Below, piece by piece: positions 42,929-57,900 of a stretch of DNA of 64,000 nucleotides. The stretch lies in the NCBI RefSeq assembly GCF_009914755.1, contig NC_060934.1; one strand, 5' to 3'. Below the pieces are notes generated by a model, which was given only the letters and a program-made list of their open reading frames with translations, was not told the DNA's origin and did not search any database. The stretch is from the human T2T-CHM13v2.0 reference genome, Homo sapiens. Every line of letters begins with the position of its first letter. Positions within the stretch are counted from its first letter, which is position 1. Position numbers and translations under genes: made by a program.

Positions 42929-43228
42929 GGCCAGGCGCAGTGGCTCAGGCCTATAATCCCAGCACTTTGAGAGGCCGAGGTGGGCGGATCACCTGAGGTC
43001 AGGAGTTCAAGACCAGCCTGGCCAACATGGCAAAACCCCGTCTCTACTAAAAATACAAAAATTAGGCGAGCATGGTGGCACACGCCTGTAATCCCAGCTA
43101 CTTGAAAGGCTGAGGCAGGAGAATCGCTTGAACCCAGGAGTTCAAGCAATGAGCCGAGATTGCGCCACTGCACTTCAGCCTGGGTGACAGAGCGAGACTC
43201 TTGTCTCAAACAAAACCAAAAAAAAAAC
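42929..43228 (+). mobile_element. AluSx
   Basis: Full dimer with A-rich tail. Confidence 0.88.
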
Positions 43229-44783
43229 CAGAGAGTCTGCGCAAACAACTTCTGAATTCAGCCCCCAAGCCAAACCTCCCTGAGGCAAGGCTAGCTTCCA
43301 GCTTGGAAAGAAGAAATAAAATACAGGAAAAACAAAACCCACATCAATAGCTCAATATATTATTCTGCCACCTAACTCATATTAGAATAATCATTCACAA
43401 TTTCAGTACAGGGTAACATTCAGCCCTTGTCACAAATGCCTGTGTCCCACATCAGAGCTCATGCACCCCGCTGCTGCTTTGCTCTAAAGCAGAGCTGAAG
43501 AACTGAAGGCTACTACTCTGTCCTCACCCTGCTTTATTTCCTTCAATCACAGATTGTCCTCAGAATAAAAAATAAATGCCTTCCTCCCCGAGGGAGCAAT
43601 TTCTAGCCAAGAGGATGATCAAAAATGGTGTTGCCCAATGCCCCAATTAACTGTACCAAACCCAGTAAATGATGAAAGTGAAGCCTCAGCTTATGATGAT
43701 AATTAAGCTATGTTGAGTCAATGGCAGCTGCTGTAAGACCACTTCTATTACTAAAACTACCTTCTCCACTTAATTAGCACTTTCTTAGAAGCATCCTTAG
43801 TTTTTCACATTAATCTGACTGGGGACAGTGTCACTGAACCAGAGCTAAATGGCATCTGGTCTATGAGAGGTCTGAGTCAATAATATGGTGGCTGGTTTTA
43901 AAAAGATTGCTGTCCTTTCTTTGCTTGATGACTTGTGATATAGAAAAAAGAAAAATAAATAAAACCATCATTGTTGTAACACATTATTATTTTTAATATT
44001 TGGGTGGGCATGTGACCAAGCACTTGGAGTGGCAGGTTTGGAATTTTGAGTTTTGAGTTCTTCCGGATGTTTATTCCAGCTATTAACTGGCACCTTGGCA
44101 GCTGCGCTCTGGGCTGGTTCCGCAGTAGATACCACTGCTAGAACACATGCCTGGCCGTCTGTAGCCCCTGCTGGAAGCAATGGCTACTGTCCAGGGTAGA
44201 ACTTTATCTAAAGGCTCCCATGATGAACAGATGCTCAACACTACTCATACTAAAAAAACATAAATGCAAACAGAAACCAGAAATCATTTTCACCTATCAG
44301 ATGGACATGGACTAAAAATACTGATAATACAAACTGTGGGTGAGCTCGTGGGTAAACAGTAGACGCATAAATCATTGATAGATGTGTACGATGGATCAGT
44401 CTTTTTACTGGGTAATTTGTTAGTGCCTATGCAAATTTTAAAAAGCTCATGCCCCTTTTCCTGGCAGTTCCATTGCTAGAAATTTACCATACAAACATAC
44501 TTTAAACATATACCAAGAAAAGAAAAATGTTTCCTGCAGAATTGGTTGCAATAGCAACAAATTGGAAACCAATTAAATGTTTTTTAATAGGGCCCTGGCT
44601 AAGTGCATTATGGAACAGCAATACGATGGAATTATGTCACCATTTTAAAAGATGCTGATTTTGCATGCTAAAGTGAAAAAGAAAAAAAGACTTCCAAAAT
44701 ATAGCATTAATAAAAATGTGAAGTGCATATAAAACGCTGACTTTTTTTTGGAAGGATACACAAAAATATTGTTAACATGGTTA

Positions 44784-45258
<475 letters not shown>

Positions 45259-45710
45259 GGTATTTGGGAAGTGGTAGACCATTCTTTCCCCTTCTTTGTA
45301 CTTTTTTGGTATTTTTAAGACTAGCTCTTTAAATAATGATGCTGTATTTATATAAAAGCTGAAAGATATCTGTGAGAGACTGTATTTTCCAATGTGGCCA
45401 GGGTAATATTCCCGGACCTATATGCCCTTCTGGAACCTCATTACTCCCCATCAAGAGGTGGAGTTTATTCCTCTCCTCTCGAACCTGCATGGGACTGTGA
45501 TAGCCTCAACAATTAGAAGGCCATGGAAGTGAGGCTGTGGCTTCTGGGGCTACAGAAAAAGGGCCATGTGGCTTCCGTGTGGCTCTTGCTATCTTGCTAT
45601 CTCTTGGAAAGCCTGCCCTGGAAACCCAGACACCATGATGTGAGGAATCCCAACCTAGCCCATAATTCTGAGTCTGTTCACAGAGTCGTGCACACATCAC
45701 CACTATCTAA

Positions 45711-46084
<374 letters not shown>

Positions 46085-46830
46085 TCATCTACTTCTTCTC
46101 TGTGTATGTGCCTATTTTCTGGACATTTTATATAAATGGAATCATACAATATGTGGCCTTTTGTGTCTAGCTTCTTGCACTTAATTTCTTCAAGGTTCAC
46201 CATGCTTTAGCATATATCAGTACTTCATTGAGTAATATTGCATTGTATGGATAGCCCACCTTTTGTTTATCCATTAATTGGCTGATGGACATTTGGGTTG
46301 TTGCTACTTTTTGGTTATTAGGAATAATGCTGCTGTGAACATTTGCTTACAAGTGTTTGTGTGGCCATGTTTTCAATTCTCTTGCGTTGAAGTACTTTTA
46401 CATCACCTAAATATTAAATGATAAATACATAATAATCAAATGATACTAATAACTGGTACACAATTAATTCTTATTAAAGCAAATTCCCTAAGAGCAGAAA
46501 CCTGTTCCTTCGTGGTATTTCAGGTTTAATAAAGACCATTGGGTAGACCTGAAGTAATACAACAGCACTATTTCCAACCCAGATTTTTCACCAATTCACA
46601 CTGACATTTTCTCAAATCAGTCTGAAAAGAGATTGTCTGTTTATTATCTCTATGCAAAAACCCAGGGCTATGCTGTGGTCTTCAAAATCCCTCTTTATGT
46701 TCCAAAATGAAAACTTATCATTTAAATTTGACATATAGGAAAGGACTAGAGCCTTTTCAGGAATTTGGAGTTTGATTAGAATTCTGGGGAACACAGAACC
46801 TTTTGCTGTACTGTGATTTACCTATTCAGG

Positions 46831-46836
46831 TTTATT
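46831..46836 (-). terminator. STN1: Distal STN1 poly(A) signal AATAAA
   Basis: TTTATT on + strand; on the minus strand followed by CA dinucleotides ~15-20 nt away and a GU-rich tract. Confidence 0.65.
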
Positions 46837-49181
46837 TAATAAATACAGTAGAGGTTAACAGATGATAGTGCAAGTTCAATAGAAGTAGGGTGATTTAAAA
46901 ACATTCTGGATTACAATGAAAACTCACTTATGTGGGAGTTTGAGCTCACATTTACAGCCTCCACCAGCAGAAATCATGCAAATAAGAACCACTGCAGAGT
47001 TCTTTGTCCACAGACACCATCTCCCTTCAGGATGGTCCTGCTTTTCCCCCAGCACCTGTGCAGGCATCTCTGGCGAGCCTTATCACAGTCTTTCTGAGTT
47101 TGCCTGTATGCTTCACATAAATGTAGTAAAAAAACAATGAGACGCTTCTTTGGGGCAACTGCTGTAGAGGCCACTAATGAGAAAGTGTAGATGTTTCCAT
47201 CATGGAAAATTACAAGTTTACTTGGTTTCAGTCCTTGGCACTAAGTCTTAGGTTCCTTGTCACTGAACAGCCTTCTTTCCACTTGGCTTCTCTTGGCCAG
47301 CATCCTGGCACACCATCAGAGGAGAAAATAATGAGAAAGAAGTGTCTTACAGGGATGGGGAGCACTGGTGGCTTACCATATGGGCATAATCATGGCTCTT
47401 CAAACAAATCCTTGACCAGACAGTAGCACTATTTGTCTTCTTGCCTACACAAGCTACATGTGGGGTTCACACCTCCTGAAACATGTGCACACTAAGAGAA
47501 CTGGAGAATGTTTGCTCAGTTTCCCTCCTTTTCAGGGGAACCCTCTGGCTGGTCTTCAGTACATGAGCAGTGACCCAGCTGTGGTTAGCTCCAGAGAGTT
47601 TTCTAAGAGTCCCTCATGTTCTTAGAGTTCTGATGTTGCTTAGAAGACAGAGGCCTACCTCATTCTTGGTTTACTCATGCTTCAGGTTACATGAATGTGG
47701 GGTGGGGAGTGGGAAACAGCTTTATAATTTTTGTAGAAATTATATAAGGAGTCAGGAGTTTGAGACTGCCCGGGCCGAGTCTGGCTTACACACCGGTTGA
47801 ATTCTTGTCCAGCGCCCAAGAAGAATGAGAATGTACTGACAGTGGAAGAGTGAGCACTTGCTAATTATAAAAATGCCAAAGGATAGCTATGTGGGGTAAA
47901 AAGCACCTGAGATCTCACCATGCAGAGGTAACATGTGCATCCCTTTGGTGAGAATTTCTAGTAATCTGTCTGATGTGTATAATTATTCATCCAGCATTTC
48001 CCAAATATATTTGTGAACATAGTGTTAGTTTGTGTTCATCCAGGAGCCAATCCTGAGACAGAGACCGGAAAGCAAGAAATGCATCTGGGAGGTCAGCATG
48101 TGGTAAAGGGGAGCGGGGAAGTAAGGCAGGGAGGGTGAGGCTGGTGGTTATCAGGTTAGCTGCTCCTGTGGGTGGCTGGGTGGTGCTCAGTCCCACGGAG
48201 GAACTGTGGAAAAGAGTATGGAACGTGTGCCTCAGCAATGCTTACCTGAGGGCGAGGGAGCTGGGGCATTTACAGCCAAGGTGCTGTTGGCTGAGGCTGC
48301 TCCCTGGGGGTGTGACTTCTGAGCACTTCCAGCCTGCACAGCCTACTAAGACATGTGAGAAAGCACCCCCGCAACCACTGCCCCTAGGAAAGAGGCAGAC
48401 ACTGGCAGCCGGAAGGCAGCCAGACACATACTTATTGGTCGTATTGCTTAGGAGATGCGTCAGGCACTGTTCTAGGTGCTGGGGACATGGAAGGAAACAA
48501 AACAGAGAATTCTGCCATCATGGAACATTCTGTCTATTGGGGGAAAATAATAAACAGGGCAAGTAAGAAACCATGGAGTGTGTTAGGCAGTATCAAGTAC
48601 TGTGAAGAAAAACGAAGTAGGAAAGGGAGTTCTGGGAAGGGGGACAGGAGATGGGTTGCAAACAGCGAAAGAGGAATGAGGGCAGGCCTCACTGAGAAGG
48701 TGACACTCAAGTAAAGGCTGGAAAGAGGGCAGAGGGAGGCACTTCACATGGTTACCTGGGAAGAGGAAATAGCAGGAGCACCAGCCCTAAGGCAGGAATA
48801 TGCCGAGGCATGTGTGCAGCAAGGCCCGTGCGGCTGGGCTGGGAGGGCAGGGTAAGCGGGGCCGTGCTGACCTCTGTGCAGCCTCAGGCTCCTACCTGGG
48901 GCAAGACCAAAGGCTGTAGGAGAGTGGGAGCATTAACAGGGTGGCAACAGCTGCTGTGCTGTGAACAGCCCAAGAGGGGCCAGGGCGGAAGCAGAGAGGA
49001 CGGAGGAGGCCGGGGAGGAGGGTGAAGCAGTTAAGATTCTGGAGATATTCTGAAGGTAGAGCCAAAAGACTTGCAGACAGATTGGATGTGAGGTATGATA
49101 GAAAGAAAGAAGCCAATGGATTTGGTTTGAGCAACTGGATGGAGCTACCTCTTCCTGAATCAGGGACATTTTCCAAAGGAG

Positions 49182-49766
49182 TGGCACAGGATTTTTTTCT
49201 CGGTCACTTTGCAAGCCAGGGACCTCTGGCTGGTGACGGCCCACCTGGGCCTCGCTTGACCATGCTACCTGCTGCAGGAGACGGCCCGCCCACTTCACCC
49301 GCCTGGGCCAAGTATGGCTTCCACACTGGTTGAGTTCTTGCCCAGCACCAAAGAAGAATGAGAATGTGCTGACAGTGGAAGAGTGAGCAAAGCTGGGAGT
49401 TTTATTGAGTGATGAAACAGTTTTCAACAGAGAGGAGACGTGGGGGTGGTCCCCCTACCCAAAGGCAGGAAAGTCCCCTTAATATGGGGGAGTCTGGGTC
49501 TTTTTATGGGCTCAGAATGGGGGGAGGGGCAGGCTGTAGGTATTACTGGAAAAGGCAACATTCGATTGGTTAAGGCGTTATTCAGAAAGAACAATTGGGA
49601 AAGGGTGGGCAAACAGGAACAGAAGTTCCCACTCTGCGTGGTGGGTTTCATCCAGGACCAGCAATCTGGTCTTTTAGCCTTCAGGCTGATCTTTGCTTGA
49701 ACGTGGGGTTTCATTTGGGACCCTCCCCTCTCTGCCTAGGCATTTGGCTGCCTCATGTCACTATCA
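49182..49766 (-). mobile_element. ERV1 solo LTR (MER61/LTR9 group) inserted in an L2 (~48430-50110) within the STN1 3'UTR
   Basis: Minus strand TGATAGTGACATGAGGCAGCCAAATGCCTAGG...AAAAAATCCTGTGCCA; perfect 4-bp TSD GGAG (49178-49181 and 49767-49770); internal CATAAAAA (TATA-like) and AATAAA (49406-49401). Confidence 0.85.
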
Positions 49767-51812
49767 GGAGCAAGCCTGGGGTCAGGAGTAATTGGGAGCC
49801 TGGCTTTGGGCCTGTGAAATCTGAGATGTCCATTAGAGACCTAAGTGGAGATGTCAGTAGCAAACTGAATATAGGGGTCTGCAGTTCAGGGAAGAGGCCC
49901 ATTCTGGGTTTAAACTGAGGTGTTAGACAGCATGTAGATGGTATAATCCATGTGGCTGCTGGAGACACCCCAGTGAGCAAGCCAGATAGAAAAGAGGTCT
50001 GGGACTGAGTCCTCAGGGAGGCAGAGCACTGAACAAAGGAACCTGAGAAGGAGCAACCAGAGAGCTTGGTGTCCTGAAAGCCAAACGCGGAAAGTACTTC
50101 CAGGAGAAGGGAGTGGTCGACTGTGTGTGTGTATATATATATATATGTACATGTGCTACATTTATAAAGACCTCCATGCAGAAATATACACTCTCTCTAC
50201 GGATATATACATACACACAGGGAGCTGTAGATAATGGTGTTATACTATAGAAACAGATCTATAACTCTATCTACTTCCCACTAAATCTACTAGGGACAGT
50301 GTGCCATGGCAACACTGTCTGTCTGCTTTCATCATTTTTTTCATAGCTGCATAGTATTTCATTGTGCCCAAGAACCGTAATTAACTTTTTCCCTATAGGT
50401 ATTTTCCCCAATATAGAATTCTAGATTATACAGCAATGAACACCTTGTGCAACCATCCTTTCACACTTGTGTAGCCATCTCCTTGAGATAAACCCCTAAG
50501 AGCAGAGTTGCTATAGGCAAGGGTATGCCCTTTTTACCTTCTGATTCTGAACTCCTTCCTGGGCAGCCCCACTAATCAGATGCATTCAACGTGGAACAGC
50601 TGCTGACCTCAAGGAAGAACTGCCCAGGACATCATTCCAGGCAGACTCTATGCTAGGGACCCTTCTGTACACAGAGAAGATGCAGGGCAGCCACTACATA
50701 ATCACTGTTAGAAATCAGCAAAGGTTTGCATCATTACAAAAGTCTATGACAGGAGGCAATCTACTGGTTCTAGCTCTCAGCCTGACGTATCGAGCTGCAG
50801 CGGACTTCTGCGTATAAAGACTGTCCTGTTTCCACGGAGAGAGGAGCAACTCTCCAGGCCTAAAGGATCTCCAGCTGAGCCACGAAGAGCTTATCACATC
50901 AAGAGCAAATGCAGCAGACGAAGGCAGTGCCTTCTGTGAAATGACTGTAATTAACTCCAAATCTTTCTCCACACTTTATTTTTGCTGGCTGGATTTGTCA
51001 TTTTGCTGTCAGAACAGGCCTACAACATACCTCAGATGTTTTTCCTTTACCTTGTCATTCTGAGCAAAAGCATGACTCCATCACCTGTCTGGGCACATAC
51101 CGAGTCTTTGTCTGGATGGTGTCAGCACATCCTGCACACTCAGCGGCAACCCTGAAAATAACATCTACCACCTGCCAGGCAATTGGCTGACTGCCTCCGT
51201 GATCTTCAGGGGCATCGAGGGACAATGTATTTAGTCATGCACCTCTGTAAGTGCAGGGAAATGTACTGGGACACCTTTCGATTCCCAAGGAAATAAAAGG
51301 AAAATGACAAACACATAGTCACGCTGTGGATCCCTGTTTATTCCCATCTCTGGGCAGGCCTGTAAAGAGCATCGACCCAGGTCTCAACCCCACTGCTGGT
51401 AACTGAGCCACAGAAACTGTAAGCACTCATCCAGGGAGAACTACTCCCCTAAACCGGTTCTTAGCCAGCAAGAGAGGCCCACAGGAAGGTCTCTGATAAC
51501 CTGAAGTTTTGAAAAGCTTAGAACTGTGTGATCAGGCCATATGCCCCTCAGTTCCTGAATGTTCACTACCCTGTGGTGTCCCTTTGCCATGGAAGAGACT
51601 CCAACCACACACATCAGTTAAGCTGCCAACACTGTTTCCTCCCCATTCTGCTCTGCGAACAACGCACAGTCCAGCCAGGAGCTCAACAGGGAGGGTTTTC
51701 TTGTTGTGTCATGGCTGAGATCAAAGTCATTGTACACCAAGGACATAGTGGACAGAAGGGAGCCAACAACATTTATGCCAAATCCCATTCCCAAGATGAC
51801 TATATTTTATAG

Positions 51813-51818
51813 TTTATT
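51813..51818 (-). terminator. STN1: Proximal STN1 poly(A) signal AATAAA
   Basis: TTTATT on + strand, ~110 nt past the stop codon. Confidence 0.6.
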
Positions 51819-51929
51819 ATGAGGTAACTGCCTCCAGACAGATAAGCCCCTGCATGATGCTGAAAGTCAGAGCCTGGGGGTGAATGCCACCTTATCTTTG
51901 TCCTCCTCAGCTGGTCTGCGTGTCTCTGC

Positions 51930-52087
51930 TCAGAACGCTGTGTAGTAGTGCTCCATTGTGCTGACAATGTCACTCTGGTCCTCCAGGAGCTCCAGAACTT
52001 GCTGCAGCACAGCCTCGCTCAGGCCCGGGCGGATGCTCAGGCGAGCACAGGCCAAGATGTGCAGGAAGTGACAGCCCTTCTCCATGT
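51930..52087 (-). CDS. STN1: STN1 last coding exon: (H)[51 protein letters not shown]-stop
   Basis: Acceptor cctttttcctgcag|AC, 158 nt to TGA at 51932-51930; matches the recalled STN1 C-terminus (second winged-helix domain). Confidence 0.97.
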
Positions 52088-52739
52088 CTGCAGGAAAAAG
52101 GTAGGTGGCTGAGTGTGGACACAACTGTCAGGCCCTCCTCTGTCCTCTCCATACCTGACTTGGCATCTGCATTCTGACCAGATCCCCAGATGATCTTTAT
52201 GCACATTAAAGTCAGAAATGCATGATCTACCTGATCACAAAAACAAAACAGAAACACCTGTTCTCAGGCCCCTGATGTCACCACGGCGACCTGGAGCCAC
52301 TGCTCAGGGACTCTGAACTTCAACCTTCAAGGATTCCCAATCAAAGATTTTTTTATCTGTAACCTAGTGGATTTTTAGTGCTTGATAAACTTTTTTCTGT
52401 GGGGTAATTACATGTATAAGTGTAACGTATTCAGTGCCAAACCTCTAGTTTCTCAGGGAGGAGCCCTCTTGAAACTCACAGCAGAGCTGGTTTGCTGCAG
52501 CCTCCGTATGCTTCCCCCTAAGTCCTGATTTGATGCGGCTGCCTGGTGAGAAGGGATTCCTACCTTTGGCCTGTTCTCATTCCTCTCTTCCTGGCTTCCA
52601 AAAGTCTTATCTGTGATGGTTGTATTCCTAGTAACCTCTTATGCTCTGCCCCAAACTAAGACCATCTAGTATACAACAATACAAATTCAGAGTTAGTAAC
52701 CTCTTTCCTAGTTGAAATCAATGACTTAAACGTTGGTAA

Positions 52740-53507
<768 letters not shown>

Positions 53508-54807
53508 GTAGTCAAACTGGGGGTTGTGCCTATTAGGGGATAACGAAACCAATTTTTGTAGGTTGCGATCAGCAACTTTTTCTTACCAAACTCAAAGAGA
53601 GCAGAAATAGAACGTTACAGAATATCTTGCATTGTAATTTGGATACATATTAATTCATGAAACTTAATTTCATATACATCTTATGCATTAGAATTATATA
53701 ATTTATTGGGTCATGATGTAAAATGTATTTCTAACTTTGAGTCAAAGTCAAACTTCTTTACCTAAAGCAAACCCTCTCCAGTTGTCACAGTTTAAAACTC
53801 CATGGCAGGCCCAGGCATGGTCTCTCTCTGCCGTATACCCAGTATCTGGCACACAAAAGGTGCTCCACAAAGTCACTGAAAGTTGTTTACAGATGAAAAA
53901 TGCTTTAGGCTTCAGGAAGGTGCTCGAAGAGGTATTGCGGTGTGAGGCAAAGCACGGTTCAAGGTTTGGTGCACTTCTGTAGCTTTGGGCAAGCCATCCC
54001 TAGGCCTGAGTGTTCTCAGCTGTGGTGAAAACCACTTCCAAGGCCCTTTCCAACCCTAAGGTTCAGAGACTGCTCCTGGGCTAACAAAAATTTGCTAAAT
54101 TCTGACCTCTAGTGGCTGTGTCCACTCATTACTCCTTCCAACTGGGATTGCTGGCATCTATACTTCCAGGCTGTTTCTTCAACATTCACTCCATAGACTT
54201 CCTGAACACCTACTATGTGTGCATTGCTGAGCAAGGAGGAGCAAGTAGAGCTTGGCAGACCTGGAGCTGCCACTGGAGTCCACCACACCAGAATTCAAGC
54301 CCTGGCTCTACAACTGGGACAAAGTCACTCCCGGGAACAAAACCACTTCCTTCTCAGGGTGGCTGTGTGGATGAGAGACCAGGGGGAACTACTATGATTT
54401 GGTTCATCATATCCGTAATCCAAGAAGATGAATGTAACTTAGTTCCTGCTCTAGAAAAGCTTCATCCCTTCCCAAGAAGAAAAGCCTCTCAAGGAGGAAG
54501 AGCTGACCAGCAAGCAAGGATAGGTTTGATGATGGAGGGTGAGGGGCTCCAACCACACAGACCTGCACACGGTAGGGAGGAGCAGAGGGAATTTAGTGCT
54601 GCTCAGCTTTTAGTTTCTGCAAGGCCTGGATGCTTGGACCCAGGGCTCAAGGTGACTTACAGGCATCCGTGGGGCCCAAAGCAGTGATGCTGACTGTCTC
54701 AGAGGCCTTCAACTATTTAGTCAGAAAGGCTGTTCTGCTGAGGGTTATCTGGTGAGGCTGTTCAAAAGTGATCTCCAGTCACTTCGGTAATGTGAACTTA
54801 GACTCCT

Positions 54808-54935
54808 CTCTATTTTTAATTTTTATTTTTTGTAGAGACAGGGTCTTGCTATGTTGCCCAGGCTGGTCTCGAACTCCTGGCCTAAGCAATCCTCCCAAGC
54901 ATTGGGATTATGGGAGTGAGCCACTGTGCCTGGCC
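54808..54935 (-). mobile_element. FLAM/AluJ left monomer
   Basis: Antisense monomer; flanks tagactcctctcta / tagattcttctcta. Confidence 0.75.
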
Positions 54936-57900
54936 TTAGATTCTTCTCTAAGTGAGAAATTATTATAAAACAGTAAAAGTAGGAAAGGCCAGCAAGGAGC
55001 TCCCCAGGGGTTAGTACAATTACATAATTCGACTCTTCTGGAACAAACCCACAAGCCGAAGCAGACTTTTCTGAAAAGTGTTTGCCTGGCAGACATAGTT
55101 ATCTTATGACGGATCACTATGAGCGGTGATAACTGCGCCTTATATTTTCCCAAGAACTTTCACATGTAGCCTGATTCATACTATACCCCATCATACCTCC
55201 ACCAGAAACCACGAAGGCTAATGTTCTAGAGACCCAAATGACATAAAGATACATTTCAGATATAACCTACTACTATAACTACAAAAGGTTAAACTTCTTT
55301 AAGTCTTTTTTAAAAGTTTGTCTTAAGTTTAAAAAAAAAATCCTCCAGTATAAGTAGTGTTATATGGTACTCAGTTTCTACCAAAAGCAGCAGTTCTCTC
55401 CAGCTCTGGGATAGTAAAAAATGAACCTGAGCTAAATACATGGGAGATTTTTGAAAAGCTAATGGTATAAAGTAACATTTAGTGAAAGGCTGCCATTTTG
55501 GAACTCATCAAATGTTAATTTTCTTCGGTGTGAAATGATTTGGTGATCAAATAGGAGAATTTCTGCATGCTTAGCAAATACAAACTGAAGTTTTTAGTCA
55601 ATCTAGGTGAAGGGTATATCGGTGTTTATTGTACCAGTCTTTTAATTTTTTTTTTTTTGATAAATTGGAATATTTTCAGAGTAAAAAGTTAGAGATAAAA
55701 AGACATGTTCAACATAGAGCTCTTTTGGATAATTTGCCATTGTTGTACCCATACTGAAAGCCAAAATCCAGATTTTGTCAACTTTACTCCAACAATAATA
55801 CAGCAAAATCCACATACAGATTCTATCTGAAACTGCCTCCTTCCAGATCAATATTAAACCAAGTAGAGGGTGAGCCTTCAGGCCTGCAGGCTAGAGAATT
55901 AGGGGTTACCACTTGTGCCATTAGGAAAGAGAACTTCATTTTTATTTAATACTTTTTGGATCATAATTATGCACTGAGTACTCTTCTAACTTTCTAAATG
56001 CCAATTCATTTACTTCTTATAAAAACCCATCTTGTAGGTACTATTATTATCCCCACTTTGCATTTAAAGAACCCAAGGCACTTGCCCAACATTACACAGC
56101 TAGCAAGTGGCAAAGCCGGGATTCAAACCTAGGCAAGGTGGCTCCAGAGCACAGCTCCTCACAATGCCGCCACATTGCCCATCTTCAGAGAACAAGTATC
56201 AATCCTTCAGGGACCTAAGACAGGCTTGATGTTCATAGTCCTTTCATTATTGAAGGGTTAGCCTTTGTGAGACACTCATAAATGACTTCAAGTCCTTCTA
56301 CCAATCATCCTGACAAGGAAAAACTCCAGGCTATATTCTGTTTGAAAGGCTAGAAAGGAACTAAAGGCCCAGTAGGTATGGTTAGACTGAGGGTCGGATA
56401 TTTACCTATACATGTAACAGCATGCTGTCCAGCTAATGAAAAGACGTAGGCACTTTCATGTGTACTGTTGACCTCTAGAAGGCAATGTTAGATCTAAAAT
56501 ACAAGGTGTAGGACAATGTATATCGTCGGCTAAACTTCACTTGTGTTTTCTGTCAAGGATAAATAATATGATATGTTTGTAAGTGCATATCTGTATAGTT
56601 TATCCCTGATAGAAAACACATATCCAACAGGATATGCAAGTAACTAATAACAACCACTGCCTTTGGAGAGGGGAACACAGAAGCTGGGGCTCAGTGCTGG
56701 GAGGGAGTCTGGCTTTTTGGAGTGGATTTTTGCACTGCTTGGCTTTTCATGAGGGGCATACGTTACTATTCTGAATTGCTATGTTATAACATTATGAAGC
56801 GGGGTGGTCACAGCAGGTTCCAACACAGTCCTTATAACATCTTTTATCAGCATTCTCAGTAGCTCAGGCTTCAGAATTCAGCTCCTGGGAGTGTAGTAGT
56901 GCCAGGTGATTGGCTAGTGGCTTTTAGAGGCTCCCATTCACAGACTGAGTGGCAGGGCCTGTCCACTTGATGAGCTGTGGGTAGATGTAGATGTTAAACC
57001 TGCTACTTTCAGGACACTTCAGAGAGCCAAGTCCAAATGAAATGTGAATTCTTTTCATGTGCTTTACTAGCCCTAGGGTTCAATCCATTCTATTCCTAAT
57101 GCAGATGAAAATAAGAACCTGGCCAGGAGGCCTGCGAATAGGGTGACTGCAGAGATGTTATCTTGGGAGCATCTTCTCATCCCTTCTTGGCTGAGGAATC
57201 CCACATTGCACTGCTCTCAAAAGCTCCTTCAATTGTGGACAGATGGGCTTTTCCCTCAACTAAAGGATATTTGCTTTTATTGTTCTGAATGAAGTGAACA
57301 AAGTCCATTCACTTGCACTGAAATAATATATTGCTTTGAGTTTATTTTAAGAGCTGCTGTCACACCACTCTGGGATCCGACCTCATGGTTTCTTAAAGGC
57401 TAACTAGGGCTGTCTACCATAAACACCAGTGCTGGAAACCTGGCCCAGCTTCACCCACTGACTCAACCTGGCACAGGTCCAGGCCCCAGGGATGTATGGG
57501 CCGAAGGACTGGAGGTGGAGTTCACTGGCAGATCAGGGACCTGGGGTCATTAACAAACTTTTCCAACACTTCTTATTATAGTATGTGTTTGCAAAAGCTA
57601 GACTTTGAAAAGTCGCCTTTAAGACCGGTCAGTTTACATAGGATTTAAAGATAGACTAATGCTTCCTTCTCTAACTAGTGTGGAAATGGTATTGTTCCTT
57701 GTCAGAGTAGCTACAGTTTCAGTGTCTAACCACTAGGGGCTGAACTAACTCTACCAAAACTATTTTCTAAACCATGTCTTTTGCAAATTAACAGTTTCCA
57801 AGATGACTGAATTACACCGTTCATAAACAGTCATGTCTAGAACCATCCCTTCCAACACTGAAAGGCTTTGATGTTAGAATAGAGGGAAATGTCAGGTTTG

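Larger units (their letters stand above)
46815..51929 (-). other. STN1: STN1 3'UTR, long form (~5.1 kb)
   Basis: Runs from the stop codon to AATAAA at 46836-46831, which has a downstream GU-rich element (ggttctgtgtt). End point inferred from these signals and from recollection that STN1 has a multi-kb 3'UTR isoform. Confidence 0.65.

Noticed and set aside
49182-49766. p53 response element in the MER61-group LTR
   Set aside because: I could not find two adjacent RRRCWWGYYY half-sites in this copy by eye; a motif scan would be needed.
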